NCBI GenBank assembly: GCA_976551045.1
Contig: CDPCPM010000060.1
Coordinates: forward strand, 22,382,001 to 22,446,000
Reading direction: 5' to 3'
Origin: Glaucostegus cemiculus
Taxonomy: Eukaryota
Length of the DNA stretch: 64,000 nt
Shown here: one piece after another, positions 25,297-38,700 of the stretch
Layout of the letters: every line of letters starts with the position of its first letter
Numbering within the stretch: position 1 is the stretch's first letter
Position numbers and translations under genes: made by a program
The notes under the pieces: generated by a model
Database searches by the model: none
What the model was told of the DNA's origin: nothing
Seen by the model: the letters and a program-made list of their open reading frames with translations, nothing else

Positions 25297-25744
25297 GGAT
25301 TTCAATTATGCTACTTAACGGGGATACAGCTGATGTAAGAACATAAAAACAAGAGCAAGAGTAAACCATCTGGTCCTCAAGTCTGTCCCCCGTTCATTCA
25401 ATATGATCATGGCTGATCTACACCAGGCCTCATCTCCTTCTCTGTGTCTGTTCCCCGGACCCCTCAACCTTCTGACCTTTCAAAAATGTAGCTACCTCCA
25501 CTTAAATACTTATAATGATGTAGAACAATCTGCAGAGATTCATCACCTTCTTTGAGAAGAAATGTTTACATACCTCAGTTTTAAATGAACGTCCCCTTAC
25601 CTTGGAACTATGTCCCCTTGTTTGAGACACTCTCCCTTGTGAAAATATCTCAACATCCACACTGCCAAGTCTCATTAGGATCATAATTGTTTCAATAAGA
25701 TCACCCCTAATTCTTCTAAACTCCAAAAAAGTGGAGATACAGGT

Positions 25745-26560
25745 AAAAATTCAGATTCAGTTTAGTTCATTGTCAAAGACACCAGGGTGCAATGAAATTC
25801 CTTGCTCACATGAAGCTCACAGAGTAAACAGAATTTATGGTACTAATAAACTCAACAATAAATACAATGATGAGTACAAAATAACAGAAAGGTGCAAAGA
25901 TTGCAGTGCAAACTGAAGTAGTGCAAAAATAAATGCTGAAGAGACAACAATGGAATAACCAAGAGAGGACGAATTAAGAGTACAGGAGAGTGGTAGCGCC
26001 ACCAGGTAAGGGATAGGAAAGAGGTGATTGGTCCAGAAGTCTGATAGCAGCAGGGAAGAACCTGTCCCTACATCTGGATGTCTGGGCTTTCAAGCTCCTG
26101 TACCTCCTCCCAGAAGGTAGGATGGACAGGGCGCCAGGCATCCTTGAAGATACAGTTGGCCTTCCTGATCCAACGCACCATGAAGATGGATTGAATGGAA
26201 GGAAATGATGAGCCAGAGATAGACTGGGCTGTCTTTAACACTCTCTGCAGGTTCCATCAGTCGCAGTTGCCATACCAGGCTGAGATGCAACCTGTCAGGG
26301 TACTTCCTGCACATCGGTAGATGTTAGAGAGAATCTTCATGGGTATGCTTAACCTTCTCAGACACCAAAGAAGGTAAACACGCTAATGCGCTTTTTTGAT
26401 CACCACATCAGCGTGAAGGGACCAGGTGAGCTTGCTGGTGATATGGATGCCAAGGAACTTGAAGGTGTTGACCATCTCTACAACGGCGCTGTTAATAAGA
26501 ACACAGTTGTATTCACCCTCCCTGCTTCCTTAGGTCAACAACCAACTCTTTTGACTTGTT
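25745..26560 (-). mobile_element. Rex1/Babar-like LINE 3' fragment
   Basis: Minus strand: FKFLGIHITSKLTWSLH..., SCISAWYGNC, PGALSILPSGRRYRSLKAQTSRCRDRFFPAAIRLL; ends with a gacaatgaactaaactgaatctgaa tail. Confidence 0.85.
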
Positions 26561-26726
26561 AAGGGCTAGGTTCTTGTTCTGACACCATGGCACAAAGTTC
26601 GTGAAGCCACAGAGATCTATAATTGCATTCAGGTGAGCCTTTTTTAGCTAGTATATTGCAAGACCAACAAGAAGTGGGGCATGTCTGAATGTAGTTTCTG
26701 TGAATGAAGCTGGGCAGATTGAAGAG

Positions 26727-26975
26727 GTGGCACGATAGCGTAGTGGTTAGCGCGACGCTGTTACAACGCCAGCGATTGTGGTTCGATTCCTGTTGCTGAC
26801 TGTAAGGAGTTTGTACGTTCTCCCCGTGTCTTCGTGGGTTTCCTCCGGGTGCTCCGGTTTCCTCCCACATTCTGAAAGGCGTACGGGTAGGTTAATTTGG
26901 GGGTTTAAAATGGGCAGCGCAGACTCGTTGGGCCGAAAGGGCCTGTTACCACGCTGTAAATAAAATTTTTAATAA
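26727..26975 (+). mobile_element. tRNA-derived SINE, type B (CR1-like tail)
   Basis: Same head and core as type A, then ggtaggttaatttgggggtttaaaatgggc...gggccgaaagggcctgttaccacgctgtaaataaaa. Confidence 0.9.
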
Positions 26976-29900
26976 AGGTGTATTAGTGGAAGAGCATTCT
27001 TGCAGTAGTGATCGTAATTCAGATAGATTTAGCATTTTATGGCAAAGAACAAAAGTGAAATAAGAGTGAATGTTCTAATTTGGCTTAAAATTAATCTTAC
27101 TGGACTAAGTGATTCAGCAAAAATCAACTGGAAACAACTAATTAAAGATGAATCTATCTCAAGAAGATTCAAGGGGTTCAGGGTAGACATGCTTTTGCAA
27201 AGAAAGAGGGTGGGACTCTCAAATCTAGAACCTCTTGGATGACAAGCTCCAGAAGAGAGGTTAGGGGAGCAATAAGGGAAGCTTAAATAAACCACCAAGA
27301 GCTTAATACATCAGAAGGTCTCAAAGAGTGCAGAAAGTGCTAAAGAAAATCCAAAGGTGTTTTACAAGTACATAAAGAGTAAAATTATGACTTAGGAAAA
27401 GACAGGGCCAATAAGGGACTTAAAAAGATAATATGAGTTTGGAGTCACAGGGTGTGGATAAGGTTCTTAATTAATACTTTGTGGCTGTCTTCACAAAAGA
27501 AGAGGGGTTATACTGATGTCACAGTTAAGGACAACAACTGTAATACATCCACTAGGATAAACATTGGAAAAGAGGGAGCATTAAGGGGTTTAGCATCTTT
27601 GAAAGTGAATAAATCATCAGGCCCAGATGAAATATACCCCTGGCTGTTAAAAAACAAAGGGAATAAATTGCAGCAGTTCTGAACATTATTTTTTAATCCT
27701 CCTTGGCTACAGGACTGATACCAGAGGATTACAGGTTTACTGGTATTGCACAACATGGAAACTGGCCCTTCGGCCCAACTTGTCCATGCCGACCAAAATG
27801 CCCCATCCAATTTAGTCCCATTTGCCAGCGTCTGGCCCATTACCTTCTAAACCTTTCCAATCCATGTACCTGTCCACCTGTCTTTGGTTTATAAAGGATG
27901 GAAGCACTAACCAAGTAATTATTCACCAATAAGTTTAATTTTGTTGACAGGCAATTTATTGATATTAATTCTGAGGGAAAATATAATCCTTCATTTAAAA
28001 AGCTTACAGATTAATAAGGAAAGTCAGTGTGGATTTGTTAAAGGAGGATCTAACTAACTTGATTACAAAGTTAACAAGGATGGTCAATAACAGTAATGCA
28101 TTTGATTTAGGTTACTTAGATTTTAGCAAGACATTTGACAGGGCCCCTTTATGTCAATGAAAGAAAACAGATATTTGCTGTCTTTGGGAGGTTTCTTTCT
28201 GTAAATTCTTGTGCTCTTTCTCTAAATTGGCAGCCGAATTTCCTACATTACGATCCCATTTCAAAATACCTCATCAGCCTTGGCCTGTCATGAGGTCAAG
28301 TAGAGAACACAGAAACATAAGTTATTATTCTTAGTCTTTTGTTTCTCATATATACTAGATAAACTTCTTTAATATTAATTTTTCAGGATGTCGGTGATGC
28401 AGGGAAGGCTCCTCTCCAATTGTCCTTGAGAAGGTTGTGTCAAGCCACCTTCTTAGATGTTTGAAGACCTTCTGGTGAAGATGCTCCTGTGGTGTTACAG
28501 GGTGTGGAGTTCCAGCATTTAGACCTAGTGATGATGAAGGGATGGTAATGCATTTCCAAGTGAGGATGGCACTGGACTTGGAAGGGAACCTACAGGTAAT
28601 GTTGTTCCCTTGGACATGGTGTGATGCTCTTGTCCTTCTTGGGGATAGAATTTGTAGCTTTGTGAGTCCCAGTCAGCTTAACCAAGTTGATTAACTGCAG
28701 TGCATTTTTCAGGTGATACACAATACAACTATGATCTGTTATTCTGTTATGTAGTTACCCAATGAGTGTGAATTGTATTCAATCTCTTGAATGTGGAAGG
28801 GCTGAGAGGAATCAAACAAAGACTCTTTTTCTTGACACTAATCCAGTGATCCCTGTCAGGAAATATGAGTGCATGTATATCACAGGCTTTTTGACTTCCA
28901 CCAGGTTAGAATTCACTATCAGTACTGTTCCAGAATATATAATCTTTTAAATTTCCCTTTGTTTTAATGTGAGTGCAAACTTGTTTTAAGCAAGTTAATT
29001 ACTCTGCTTAAGAGCACACTGACTAACTTGGATAAGCACATATCTGCAGACAGTGCTGATCATAATTTTTACTCCTTGAATCAGCAAGAAGCTCTGACTG
29101 CATAAGGTCAGCTATGATATTGACTAACAGAGCACGCTGGAAGAGATATATTGCCTATTCCTGCTCCTAAAACCAGTTGGGAATATTTTTAAAACACAAA
29201 TTAGAACAGATGCCAGAAATCTGAAAGAAAATAGAATATTCTGGAAATACTCAGCAGCTCAGACATTTGCAGAGAGGGAAATCCAGTAGAGCGGACCTCT
29301 CATCAGAACTGGGGAAAGCTTATACAAATTGATTTAAATTATTATGACCATATCAGTAGAAATCATAAATTGGTAAATTGGTTTATTATTGTCACATGTA
29401 CCAAGGTACAGTGAAAAACTTTGTTTTGCATGCCATCCATACAGATCATTTCATCACATCAGTACATCGACGTAGTACAAGGGAAAAGCAATAACAGAAT
29501 GTAGAATATAGTGTTGCAGTTACAGAGAAAGTGCAGTGCAGGCAGACAATAAGGTGCAAGGCCCTGAGGAGGTAGATGGTGAGGTCAAGACTCCATCATA
29601 TCCTACAAGGGGACTGTTTTCCTACAATGTTTACACCATTACTGTCCATAAGAAAATCTGTCCAAGTCAGCCTGTAGAGGCTGTCAAAATTCACACAGAA
29701 AGGATGGCCATTTGAGTGAGTAGCAGAATCTAACCTGTAAATAAAGAAAGGAACCTTAGCAAGTCTCTGAACATATGGAGATAAAGGAAGAAAAAATACT
29801 GAAATCAGAATTGCTGTATTTTTTTATGGGATGTGCATTGTTATTCTATTAAAATAGGATGGAAGCCTTTTGAAAAACATTACTTCTTTAGTGAACAGAC

Positions 29901-31149
29901 ATTTAAATGTTTGCATCTATAGGATTAAATACTGGAGTCTGACACATACGTTCTTCCAAATATTGATACTTAACCAGGCTGATTTTTATTATCTTAAAAT
30001 TTGTGACCTTTTTTAATCAACCTTCAACATTAACTGGTTCTCGCTCCAGAGATATTTCCAGTACTTTTATTTCACTTTTCAGGTTATTTATCTTATTGTT
30101 AAATTAAAATTGGTAAATTTGTTTATTACCGTCACATGTACTGAGGTACAGTGAAAAACTTGTCTTGCATACTGTTCATACAGATCGATTCATCACACAG
30201 TGCATTGAGGTAGTACAGGGTAAAACAATAACAGAATTCAGAGTAAAGTGTCACAGCTATAGAGAAAGTGCAGTGCAGGTAGACAATAAGGTGCAAGGTC
30301 ATAACAAGGTAGATTGTGAGGTCAAGAGTCCATCTTATTGTACTAGGGAACTGTTCAATGGTCTTAAAATGGCGGGATATTGGTAGCTGTTGTCCTTGTC
30401 ATATACAAATTGGTTTCCTACACTACACTGCAAAAATGCTTCATTGGATATAGGATATCTTGAGTTCACAAAGGCACTCTATTAATTCTAACAAAAAGAT
30501 TTACATTTAATAGTACCTTTCTTGTCCTTTGTAGCTTATCTAAATATTTACAGGCATTGCGACATGTTTGAAGTATAGCTACTGTTGTAAAATAGGAATA
30601 CAGTGAATAAAATACAGTGAAGAGTGTGCCTTTGAACATCTTTCAGAAACAGCTCTATGATAGTGGCCAGGTAATCTGCTAATCTAATAATGACTGAAAT
30701 AACAAAAAAAGTTGGGGGTGGTCAGCAGGTCAAAGTGCATCGATGAAGAGAGAAACAGAGATTGTTGTAGGTTAGTGCACCTTCGCCAGAATTGAAAAAA
30801 AAGAGATAACAAAGATGTTTCAAGTGGCAAGGGGGAGGTCTGAGAGAACAGAGGTTGGAAAGATCAGTGACCAAGGTTGTCTCGGTGACACGTTGCTTGT
30901 ACTGCCTTCTAACGTGGGGAATTAGTACTTATTCATTGTGTTTGGAGGAACGTAATAACAGGAAGATGAAAGTAAAGCATAAAAATAATCAAACTGGGAT
31001 TAGGAGATGCAGAATACAACTGCTGATGGCTCTGTGAAATAAAGAAAAAAATAGAAATTCTCAGTAGATTAAATAGTTACAGGTGGATGGCCTTACAAAA
31101 GAACTGACCATGCCGGTTATCTGAAATCATTGAATTGAATGTTGCACCC

Positions 31150-32500
31150 TGAGGGCTACAATGCGCCTTGATGCGCCCGCACTGAAGGAGGATTGAGGCA
31201 GTTTCTGGCCAGGACCCCAGGGGTAAGTCCTTGGCCTTCTTTGAAAATCAAGAAATCCTGTACCTATTGATTATTCGAATGTACCGGACCATCACCTGGG
31301 ATGTCTGCATTTCCCTTTAATTCTGTCACCGCGACTATTCGTCCCAATTCCCCCACTCGGTTCCAAATCTTTTTTGGAAGGACGAGCAGCTGCGCCTGCA
31401 CCGGTGGTGCGGCTCATGTGACGGTGCAAACATTACGGAAGTTAGTGAACTTCACTGTAACTGTTGCAGGGAGCCAGTGGCTTGGTTGACCCGTCCTGTG
31501 CTGTCTTGTCCCGCAACCCGCAGGCTTTCTGTGCAGGGACAATGCAGATGAGACTTTCAGTCAACGACTTAGAAGTGAAGTGGGGCTGAGAATTAACACC
31601 CAGCCTGTTAATTTCAGCTCTGACCGCTCGCCCTCCGAATGGGCCCCGGGAAACCTACAAAGCGGTCCCCGGGGGGAGGACGAGGAGGGAGAGGGGGAGA
31701 AGAGAGGGAGAGGACGAGGAGAGAGGATGAATGGACCTTCTCAACTCTCTTTGTCGAATTATGTCCAAAATCACTTAAAATCAAGCGCCGGCTTTCCCAA
31801 TGGTACTCTATTTCAAAGGCTTCCCGAACGTTTTTCTGCATTTATAATGGGAAGATAAGTCCTTGCGAGAGACGGTAGCAAAGGGAATGAGTCTGTATCG
31901 GCGTTGGAGGGACGAGGAACATTCAAAATTATGCAGCATTGCTCGCGGGGCGAATTAAAAAATTCTAAGTTTTTTTTTAAAACTAGAAGTCTCAGTGGGG
32001 ATTCACATGTTTCGTTCAATTTGATGCTAGTTGCATATTGATAAGAGCCAGATTTGCAGTAGTTACATGGTAGACTAGCATGCCCAGATTTACCGTAAAT
32101 TCAACAGTTTTTTTCCCCCTTCTGGAAATGGATACACAGCCCCCAGGTTCCGTTCCTGAGGACCCTGCGTAACACGAACTGCCCATAAATCGGAAATGAA
32201 CAGAAACAGCGTGTGGGAGGGGAATCACAGAAACAACAGTGGAGGGAGAGCGGCCGCTAGCCGGCCTCAGAGAGAGAGAGAGAGCGAGTCTGCTCAACGG
32301 TTCCATATTCCCAGCTCTGCTCCGGGGGAAACAGAACGCAGGGGTAAATGCCCCGTTCCCACCCAACAGAAAATGCCTGCAGCCCCACAGCAGCCAGCAC
32401 ATCCGTCCCCATCCATCCCGCCGGCCTCCCAAACGCTCCCTTATCCGTGCGGCGTGTCCATAAATCAAGTGTTGGTAACCTGGCTGGACCTACGTTCGAG
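31150..32500. promoter_or_regulatory. CpG-rich island with housekeeping-type promoter motifs
   Basis: CpG density is visibly higher than in the flanks. TGCGCCTGCA (NRF1-like) 31391-31400, TCATGTGAC (USF/MiT E-box) 31414-31422, CGGAAGT (ETS/GABP) 31436-31442. Confidence 0.6.
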
Positions 32501-32764
32501 GTAAAAATTTCTTTCTCCTCCTGTCCTCAGTGATCAATGAGGAGAATCAGCACTGGTGCATGTGTTCAGAAAAAAAACCCCTGCAGATGCTGGAAGTTTG
32601 AAATAAAAACAGAAAATAATGGAAATAGGCTGAATCTTTGTAGGTCTGGATCACTTCCTTTGGTTTACTATTGGGGATATGAAATAGGCAACTTTTGTCT
32701 TGATGGCATTGTAAGTCAAGGGTCTTGCAATAGCTGTGTTGCCTGCTGATTCCCACAGTAGTAG

Positions 32765-33135
32765 TGTCTATGCTGCCTCTGTAAAGCAGTCAACATAATC
32801 AAAGACCCCATCCACCCTGGACATTCTCTCTTCTCCCCTCTCCCATCTGGCAGAAGATACAAAAGCCTGAAAGCACGTACTGCCAAGCTCAAGTATAGCT
32901 TCTATCCCACTGTTATAAGATGTTTGAACGGACCTCTTGCATGTTAGGATGGACTCCTGACCTCACAATCTACCTCGGTATGGCCTTGCACCTGATTGTC
33001 TGCCTGCACTGCACTTTCTCTATATTCTGCACTTCCCTTGCACTGATGTGATGAACTGATCCGTATGGATGGCATGCAAAACAAAGTTTTTCACTGTACC
33101 TCAGTACATGTGACAACAATAAACCGATTTACCAG
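32765..33135 (+). mobile_element. Rex1/Babar-like LINE 3' end
   Basis: Matches the 63650-64000 copy (cataatcaaagacccca...gcagaagatacaaaagcctg...ttttcactgtacctcagtacatgtgacaacaataaacc). Confidence 0.85.
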
Positions 33136-34339
33136 TATGAACCGTCGTGGCAACTTTTGCATTCTGTATTTGCTCATTTCTCATATTACATAGAAGGAAG
33201 CCATTCAGCCCCTCAAGTTAATGCTGGGTCTCAGAGCAATTCTATCAATCCCATGCCCCATTTCTTCCAACCTAATCTCTTTCAGATGCCCATTAACCCC
33301 CACCCCCATTTCTATCTATCACAGTGTCCTTTGAGTTGTGAGGGTAACTGAGCACCTGCTGGAAACCCAGACAGACTTGGGAAGGATGTACAAACTCCAC
33401 ACCGAGAGCAACAGAGGTCAGGACCAAACCTAGGATAGGTGGATTGGTGCAACAGCAGCACTACCTGTTGCACCGCTCCCAGAGAAGTTTACACTCAACT
33501 TGGGGCTCGTTCCCATGACCCTGAGATCGAGTGTCTCGTGCTCTACTGACTGAGTGGACCAGGCCTATGGGTGCAGCAAAGAGGGATTTCTCATATAACT
33601 TTTCAAGAGGCCCAGCACTTGTTCTCTGTCATTTCAGGATTGGCCCCAGCTCCCAGTGGGAGCTCCCAGTGCATAGGCATCCTTATATTTTGTCCAGGTG
33701 TTTAATTTTGAATTGAGCACTTGGTAATTAGATTGGGGTGATCCACAGAGAATAGAGACTAAGGTGTGACAACTGGTGTTCTCCAAGGATTCATCCAGGA
33801 CCTTGCTGTCACCCTGGGATATATAACTTCCTGTACTTTCATGCCATTTTGTAGATGACATTAATTTAGAAGATGGGATTGGGCAAAATTATAGTACTTG
33901 AAGTTCACTATGGCTATCCCCTTTTGGATCTAAGAAGTTCCCCTCAGAGGTATAGATACAAATAATAATCAAAATGATTCATGGAAAGTTTGACCTTAAT
34001 TGCAAATGTCTTGGAATAGAAAGGGGTCAAAGCTGTGCTTTAGTTGTATAAAACCTGCTTGCACTTTAGGGGCACTGTGCCTTTTTGTGGGTGCACAGTA
34101 CAGATTCATCAGTACAGAATCCATTAGCATGCAGAACTCCCAAAAGAGTCCGAATACCCTTGTTCGCTTCCTACATTTTCTAATATCCCTTTTGCGTTTT
34201 GATAGATTCATTTTTCACTCAACCTAATGCAAGTAATTCATAAACATTGCAACAGGAATAGACCATTAGGTCCATTGGGCAAGATCATGAGCTTGGCTTG
34301 CTAAACAATGAGATCATGCCCCTAATGGCACCTTGTCCA

Positions 34340-35090
34340 TTACCACTAGATAATGTCCAAAACCTTGGCAGCAGCTTTACCCCTTCCAGAGACTCAGAAA
34401 GGCAGGCCTCCCTACTCCACACCTCATCACTTTTTACAGGGGCACCATTGAAAGCATCCTGACCTACTGTCTCACCTCCTGGTTTGGCAGCTGCAAGGCT
34501 TACGAACAACAGCAGCTCAATAGGATGGTGAAGACAGCCAGCAGGGTCATCGGTGCCCCTCTCCACTTTTTGAGAGCGATATATCAACAACGCTGCGTTT
34601 GCAGAGCTATGGCCATTATTAAGGATTTTCATCACCCTTCTCACAACCTGTTTTCCCTTCTGCCATTGGGGAAGAGGTATCGGATCATCTGTTCTAGATC
34701 TAGTAGGATGCTGAACAGCTTTTTCCCACAAGCAGTCAGGATCATAAGTGGAATGAGTCCCCTTCCACTTCCACCGACAAGCTCTCCCTCCACACACGTA
34801 TGTACTCACATCGACACAGAAACACTTTGACAGTTAGTTACATGATAAGTTGAACTTCATCTCAAACTGTACAAGCACTTATTAATACATAGATGCACTT
34901 TAAACAGATATGAATACGTGGTGTTGTTATGTTTTTAATTTTGGTTTTAGAGATGTTTTTAGACTATTTTAGATATTTATCTCTGTTCTTTTGTGCACTG
35001 ACGTGAACTGGCAAGAAACTGCATTTCGTTTTTTGGTGTATGTAAATAAAGAAATGACAATAAAGTGAATCTTGAAATCTTGATCTTGAA
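34340..35090 (+). mobile_element. Rex1/Babar-like LINE 3' fragment of a distinct subfamily with an (ATCTTGA)-type tail
   Basis: FYRGTIESILTYCLTSWFGSC...IIKDFHHPSHNLFSLLPLGKRYRII...SFFPQAVR; ends gacaataaagtgaatcttgaaatcttgatcttgaa. Confidence 0.85.
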
Positions 35091-35414
35091 AGGTTTACTT
35101 TTCAGTCCTGCCCGAGTGTCTAAAATATACCATCTGAGTCTTAAATGTACTTAATGACTGGGAACCTGTATCCCTATAGTGTAGAAAACTGTACAGATTT
35201 ATTACACTCTGAATAAGAATTTTTTTCCCCTCAGGAAGTTAATCATTTTACAAATGCTCCCCTCCCTTTGTTAATTGTCCAGCCTGAGGAAACAATCTCT
35301 TAGCATCTACCTTGACAAGCCCTCTCAGAATCTTGTAAGTTTCAATCAAATCACATTCTTCAAGCCAAGAATATCCTTACTTGGTATGGAAACAAGGAGA
35401 CGCCATATTTTTTA

Positions 35415-35702
35415 GGATATTATGATATTTATTTATTAGTCACATGTGCATCGAAATACACAGTGAAATGTGTCTGTTTGCGTTACTGAGAATGTGCTGG
35501 GGGCAGCCTGCAAGTGTCGCCAATCTTCCGGCGCCAACATAGCATCCCCACAGCTCCTAACCTGTATGTCTTTGGAATGTGGGAGGAAACTAGAGCACCC
35601 AGAGGAAACCTACGCAGCCACACGAGGAGAACGTACAAACTCCTTACAGACAGCGGTGGGAATTGAATCCGGGTCACTGGCTCTGTAATAGCGTTACGCT
35701 AC
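35415..35702 (-). mobile_element. SINE type A variant
   Basis: Same head and core; the tail differs slightly (tttgcgttactgagaatgtgctggggg). Confidence 0.85.
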
Positions 35703-38700
35703 AGTCTTACACAATCTTACACAGCAGCAAGGTTTTCTCACTCCTGTACTCCAATTACGTTGCAATAAAGGCCAGCATTGGAACTGTTTTATGATTGTCA
35801 CATGTACCAAGATACAGTGAAAAACTTAAGTTTTTCAAGCTGTCCACACAGATCATTTCAAAACATAAGTACATTGAGGGAAACAATAACAGAATGCAAA
35901 ATATAATGTTACAATTGCAGACAAAGTGCAGTGCAGGTAGACATTAAGGTGCAACAGCCATGTTGAGGTAGATTGTGAAGTCAAGAGTTCATCTTTACCA
36001 TATAAGAGGTCTGTTCAAGAGTCTGATAACAGTGGGATAGAAGCTGTCCTTGAGCCTAGTAGTGCCTGTTTTCAAGCCTTTGTATCTTCTGCCCGATGGA
36101 AGAGGGGAGAAGAGAAAATACTGTTTGTCTTCTGAATTTCTTTCTGGACCAGCATTTTAACACCAGCACCCCTCTGCGCACCACTGTTATTAGTTTCTCC
36201 TCTTTTTGAAAAAAGAAGTCTGTTTCTCTATTTTCCCCTTCCAAAATGAATAACCTCACATTTTCTTGTATATGGCTTTTCTTCCCCAGTTGCTTAACCT
36301 CTGACAACTATGTGCCTTCCTCATAGCTCACTTTTCCACCTAGATTTGTATTACCAAAAAGTTTACAATGCTGCTCTCTGATTTTTCTTCCAGGACATTA
36401 ATATAGATTGTAACTAACAGAGTGGTTTCCTTGCTAATCTTGTGGCAGCCTACAGTTTATATTACAGTTTGTCAAACTGAAAAAGACCTGTTTGTTCCTT
36501 GTATCTTTAACTTTTAACCAGTACTTTAATTGGGGCTGATAGATTTCATTACACTATCTCCTCTACCTCAGAGAAATTAAACATAGATGTGTGGCTACTT
36601 TGCAGGAACCCTCAGTTCAGTCCATAAGTGTGACCCTGAACTCCCAATTGCCGCTCACTTTAATTCTCCACCATACTCCCACTCCAATCTCCGTCTTTGC
36701 CAACAAAGTTCAAAGAACAACATCTCAACTTTTGACTTGAGTCATTATGACTGGATAGTTCTGATAACAAAAACACAATGATGCTGGAGGAACTCAGCAG
36801 GCCAGGCAGCATCCGTGGAGAAAAGCAGGTGGTCAACGTTTCAGGGTCAGGACCCTTCTTCAAACTCCTTACAGACAGCAGCCAGAATTGAACCCGAATC
36901 ACTGGTGCTGTAATAGTGTTACACTAACCGCTACACTACCATGCCACCCTGTTAATATATCCTTAATTATATTATGATAGATCTTAATTTTTCTTTATTA
37001 CTTATTTAATCCAATGTAAAATTATTCATATTCCCACATAATACAGTAAGGGGAATGAATAAAATATACTTTCTGCCTGTAGTTGATTATATCATTTTGC
37101 TCAGAGCAGTGTTTATACTACTTAATATACTATTTAATTATATTATACTATTTAATTTATACTATTAAATATACCAGTTTATGCTTACAAACATATTTCA
37201 GAAGGGATAAAAGCTTGTAATTGTATACACATTTTATTTCCAAGTATACAGTAAATAATCAACATATACTGTGGTTCATTGACCTGTTACATAAGTAAAA
37301 TCCAGGAATTGTTTTGTACCCTGATAAAACCAGCAAACTAGTGTGTTCGTATCTACCCAGTTAGCATATGTTCAGTTAACCTGCTTGTACCTTCTGATGT
37401 AAACTGCAGGTGAATGAATATCTGATTGAGAAATCAAAATGATAATGATAAAGGCAGGATTAAGTTTTATTTTTTTTACCTGCACATCTTGATAAATGTG
37501 AGAAGGCATCAGCTGAACACCTGGGACTCTGACCAATCAGTGCTGGGGCTGCCCAGCTTCTAGTAGGGTTTGCTCAAATGTACTGATGAACCAACGTTAG
37601 CAATCTTGTCTTGGAGCAGGATCCAAGAATTAAGGAACTGAACTGATTCAGGAATATTCCCTCAAAGTCTCAAATACACATGTGTGATATTCCTTGGTTT
37701 GCTATGTGCTCATGTAATGAGAATGGCTCAAACATATGACCACGCTAATCACAGATGTGGGCAGATCTACTGTTGTGTGTCAAGTGGGCCGGTTTTAGAC
37801 AAGGTGCGTCATGCTGTGTGAATTGGGAGTCTTTCAAAGTAATTTGTAGGTTGACAGGTTTGTGCTTTATCTTCTGAATCATTGAAATGTTTTATGTGTT
37901 TTGTAGGTTAACTCAAGAACTAAATAAAGTTGGCATCAATGGCTAAATGGGACCACATATTGTTGGAAATTCATTGATAGAAAATTATGTTAATTTATAA
38001 AGATGTTCTGGGACCTAATGTCCCCATGCATTGCCAATGGACCATAAGATATAGGAGCAAAAGTAGGCCATTCAGGCAATTGAGTCTGCTCTGTCATTCA
38101 GTCATGAGTGTTATTTTTCAACCCCATTCACCTGCCTTCTCTCTGTAACACTTAACTCTCTTAATGGAACCACAGGCATTTAGGACAAAGATGGTGGCCA
38201 TTGGCCGGCCAAAACAATGCTGATCAATAAAGAGCTATCCAATCGTCATTTGTCTTCCCACCATTTTGTCCTAGCAGTGGCCACAGATTTAAATTGGAAG
38301 TGATAGTGAAATATGACTTTGCATTTGTAGATTACCACACTTCAAAGCCTTGCCTGGAACCCTATAAAATATGGCTCAACCCTCACCTAACAAGATGCAA
38401 GCATGAATGAATTGTACAGACACTGGGTGGTCACGCATGCTGTTTTAGCACACATGAAACAGTTTCTTGACCTGATCATTAGTTATACTACCACATTGCA
38501 TCAATGTGCACACACAGAAATCAGATTTATTGGCACAAAAGTGGCTGCAGATTTAATCTTGAAATGTACTTTTGTATTTGTAGGATGAGAATTCTTTAAG
38601 GATGATCTAAATATTAATACAATAACTCTTAGATGATACCATAACATAAATGCTGCAGTCATTTCTCTGCCCAATTACTAATTTTAAAGCACAATTTAGC

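Larger units (their letters stand above)
24470..28145 (+). mobile_element. Old, heavily degraded CR1 (APE and RT remnants) broken up by later insertions
   Basis: APE-like remnant at 24730-25010 (gaaacgtgg, ggaggcagtggcgatattggtgaa). RT-like remnant at 26980-28145 (gaaaatccaaaggtg, KVNKSSGPDEIYPWLLK, agtcagtgtggatttgttaaagg, gattttagcaagacatttgaca). Confidence 0.7.

Noticed and set aside
31580-32533. ORFs of 60-150 aa in the CpG island as proteins
   Set aside because: They are low complexity, overlap on both strands and have no recognisable domain, as expected in GC-rich DNA.
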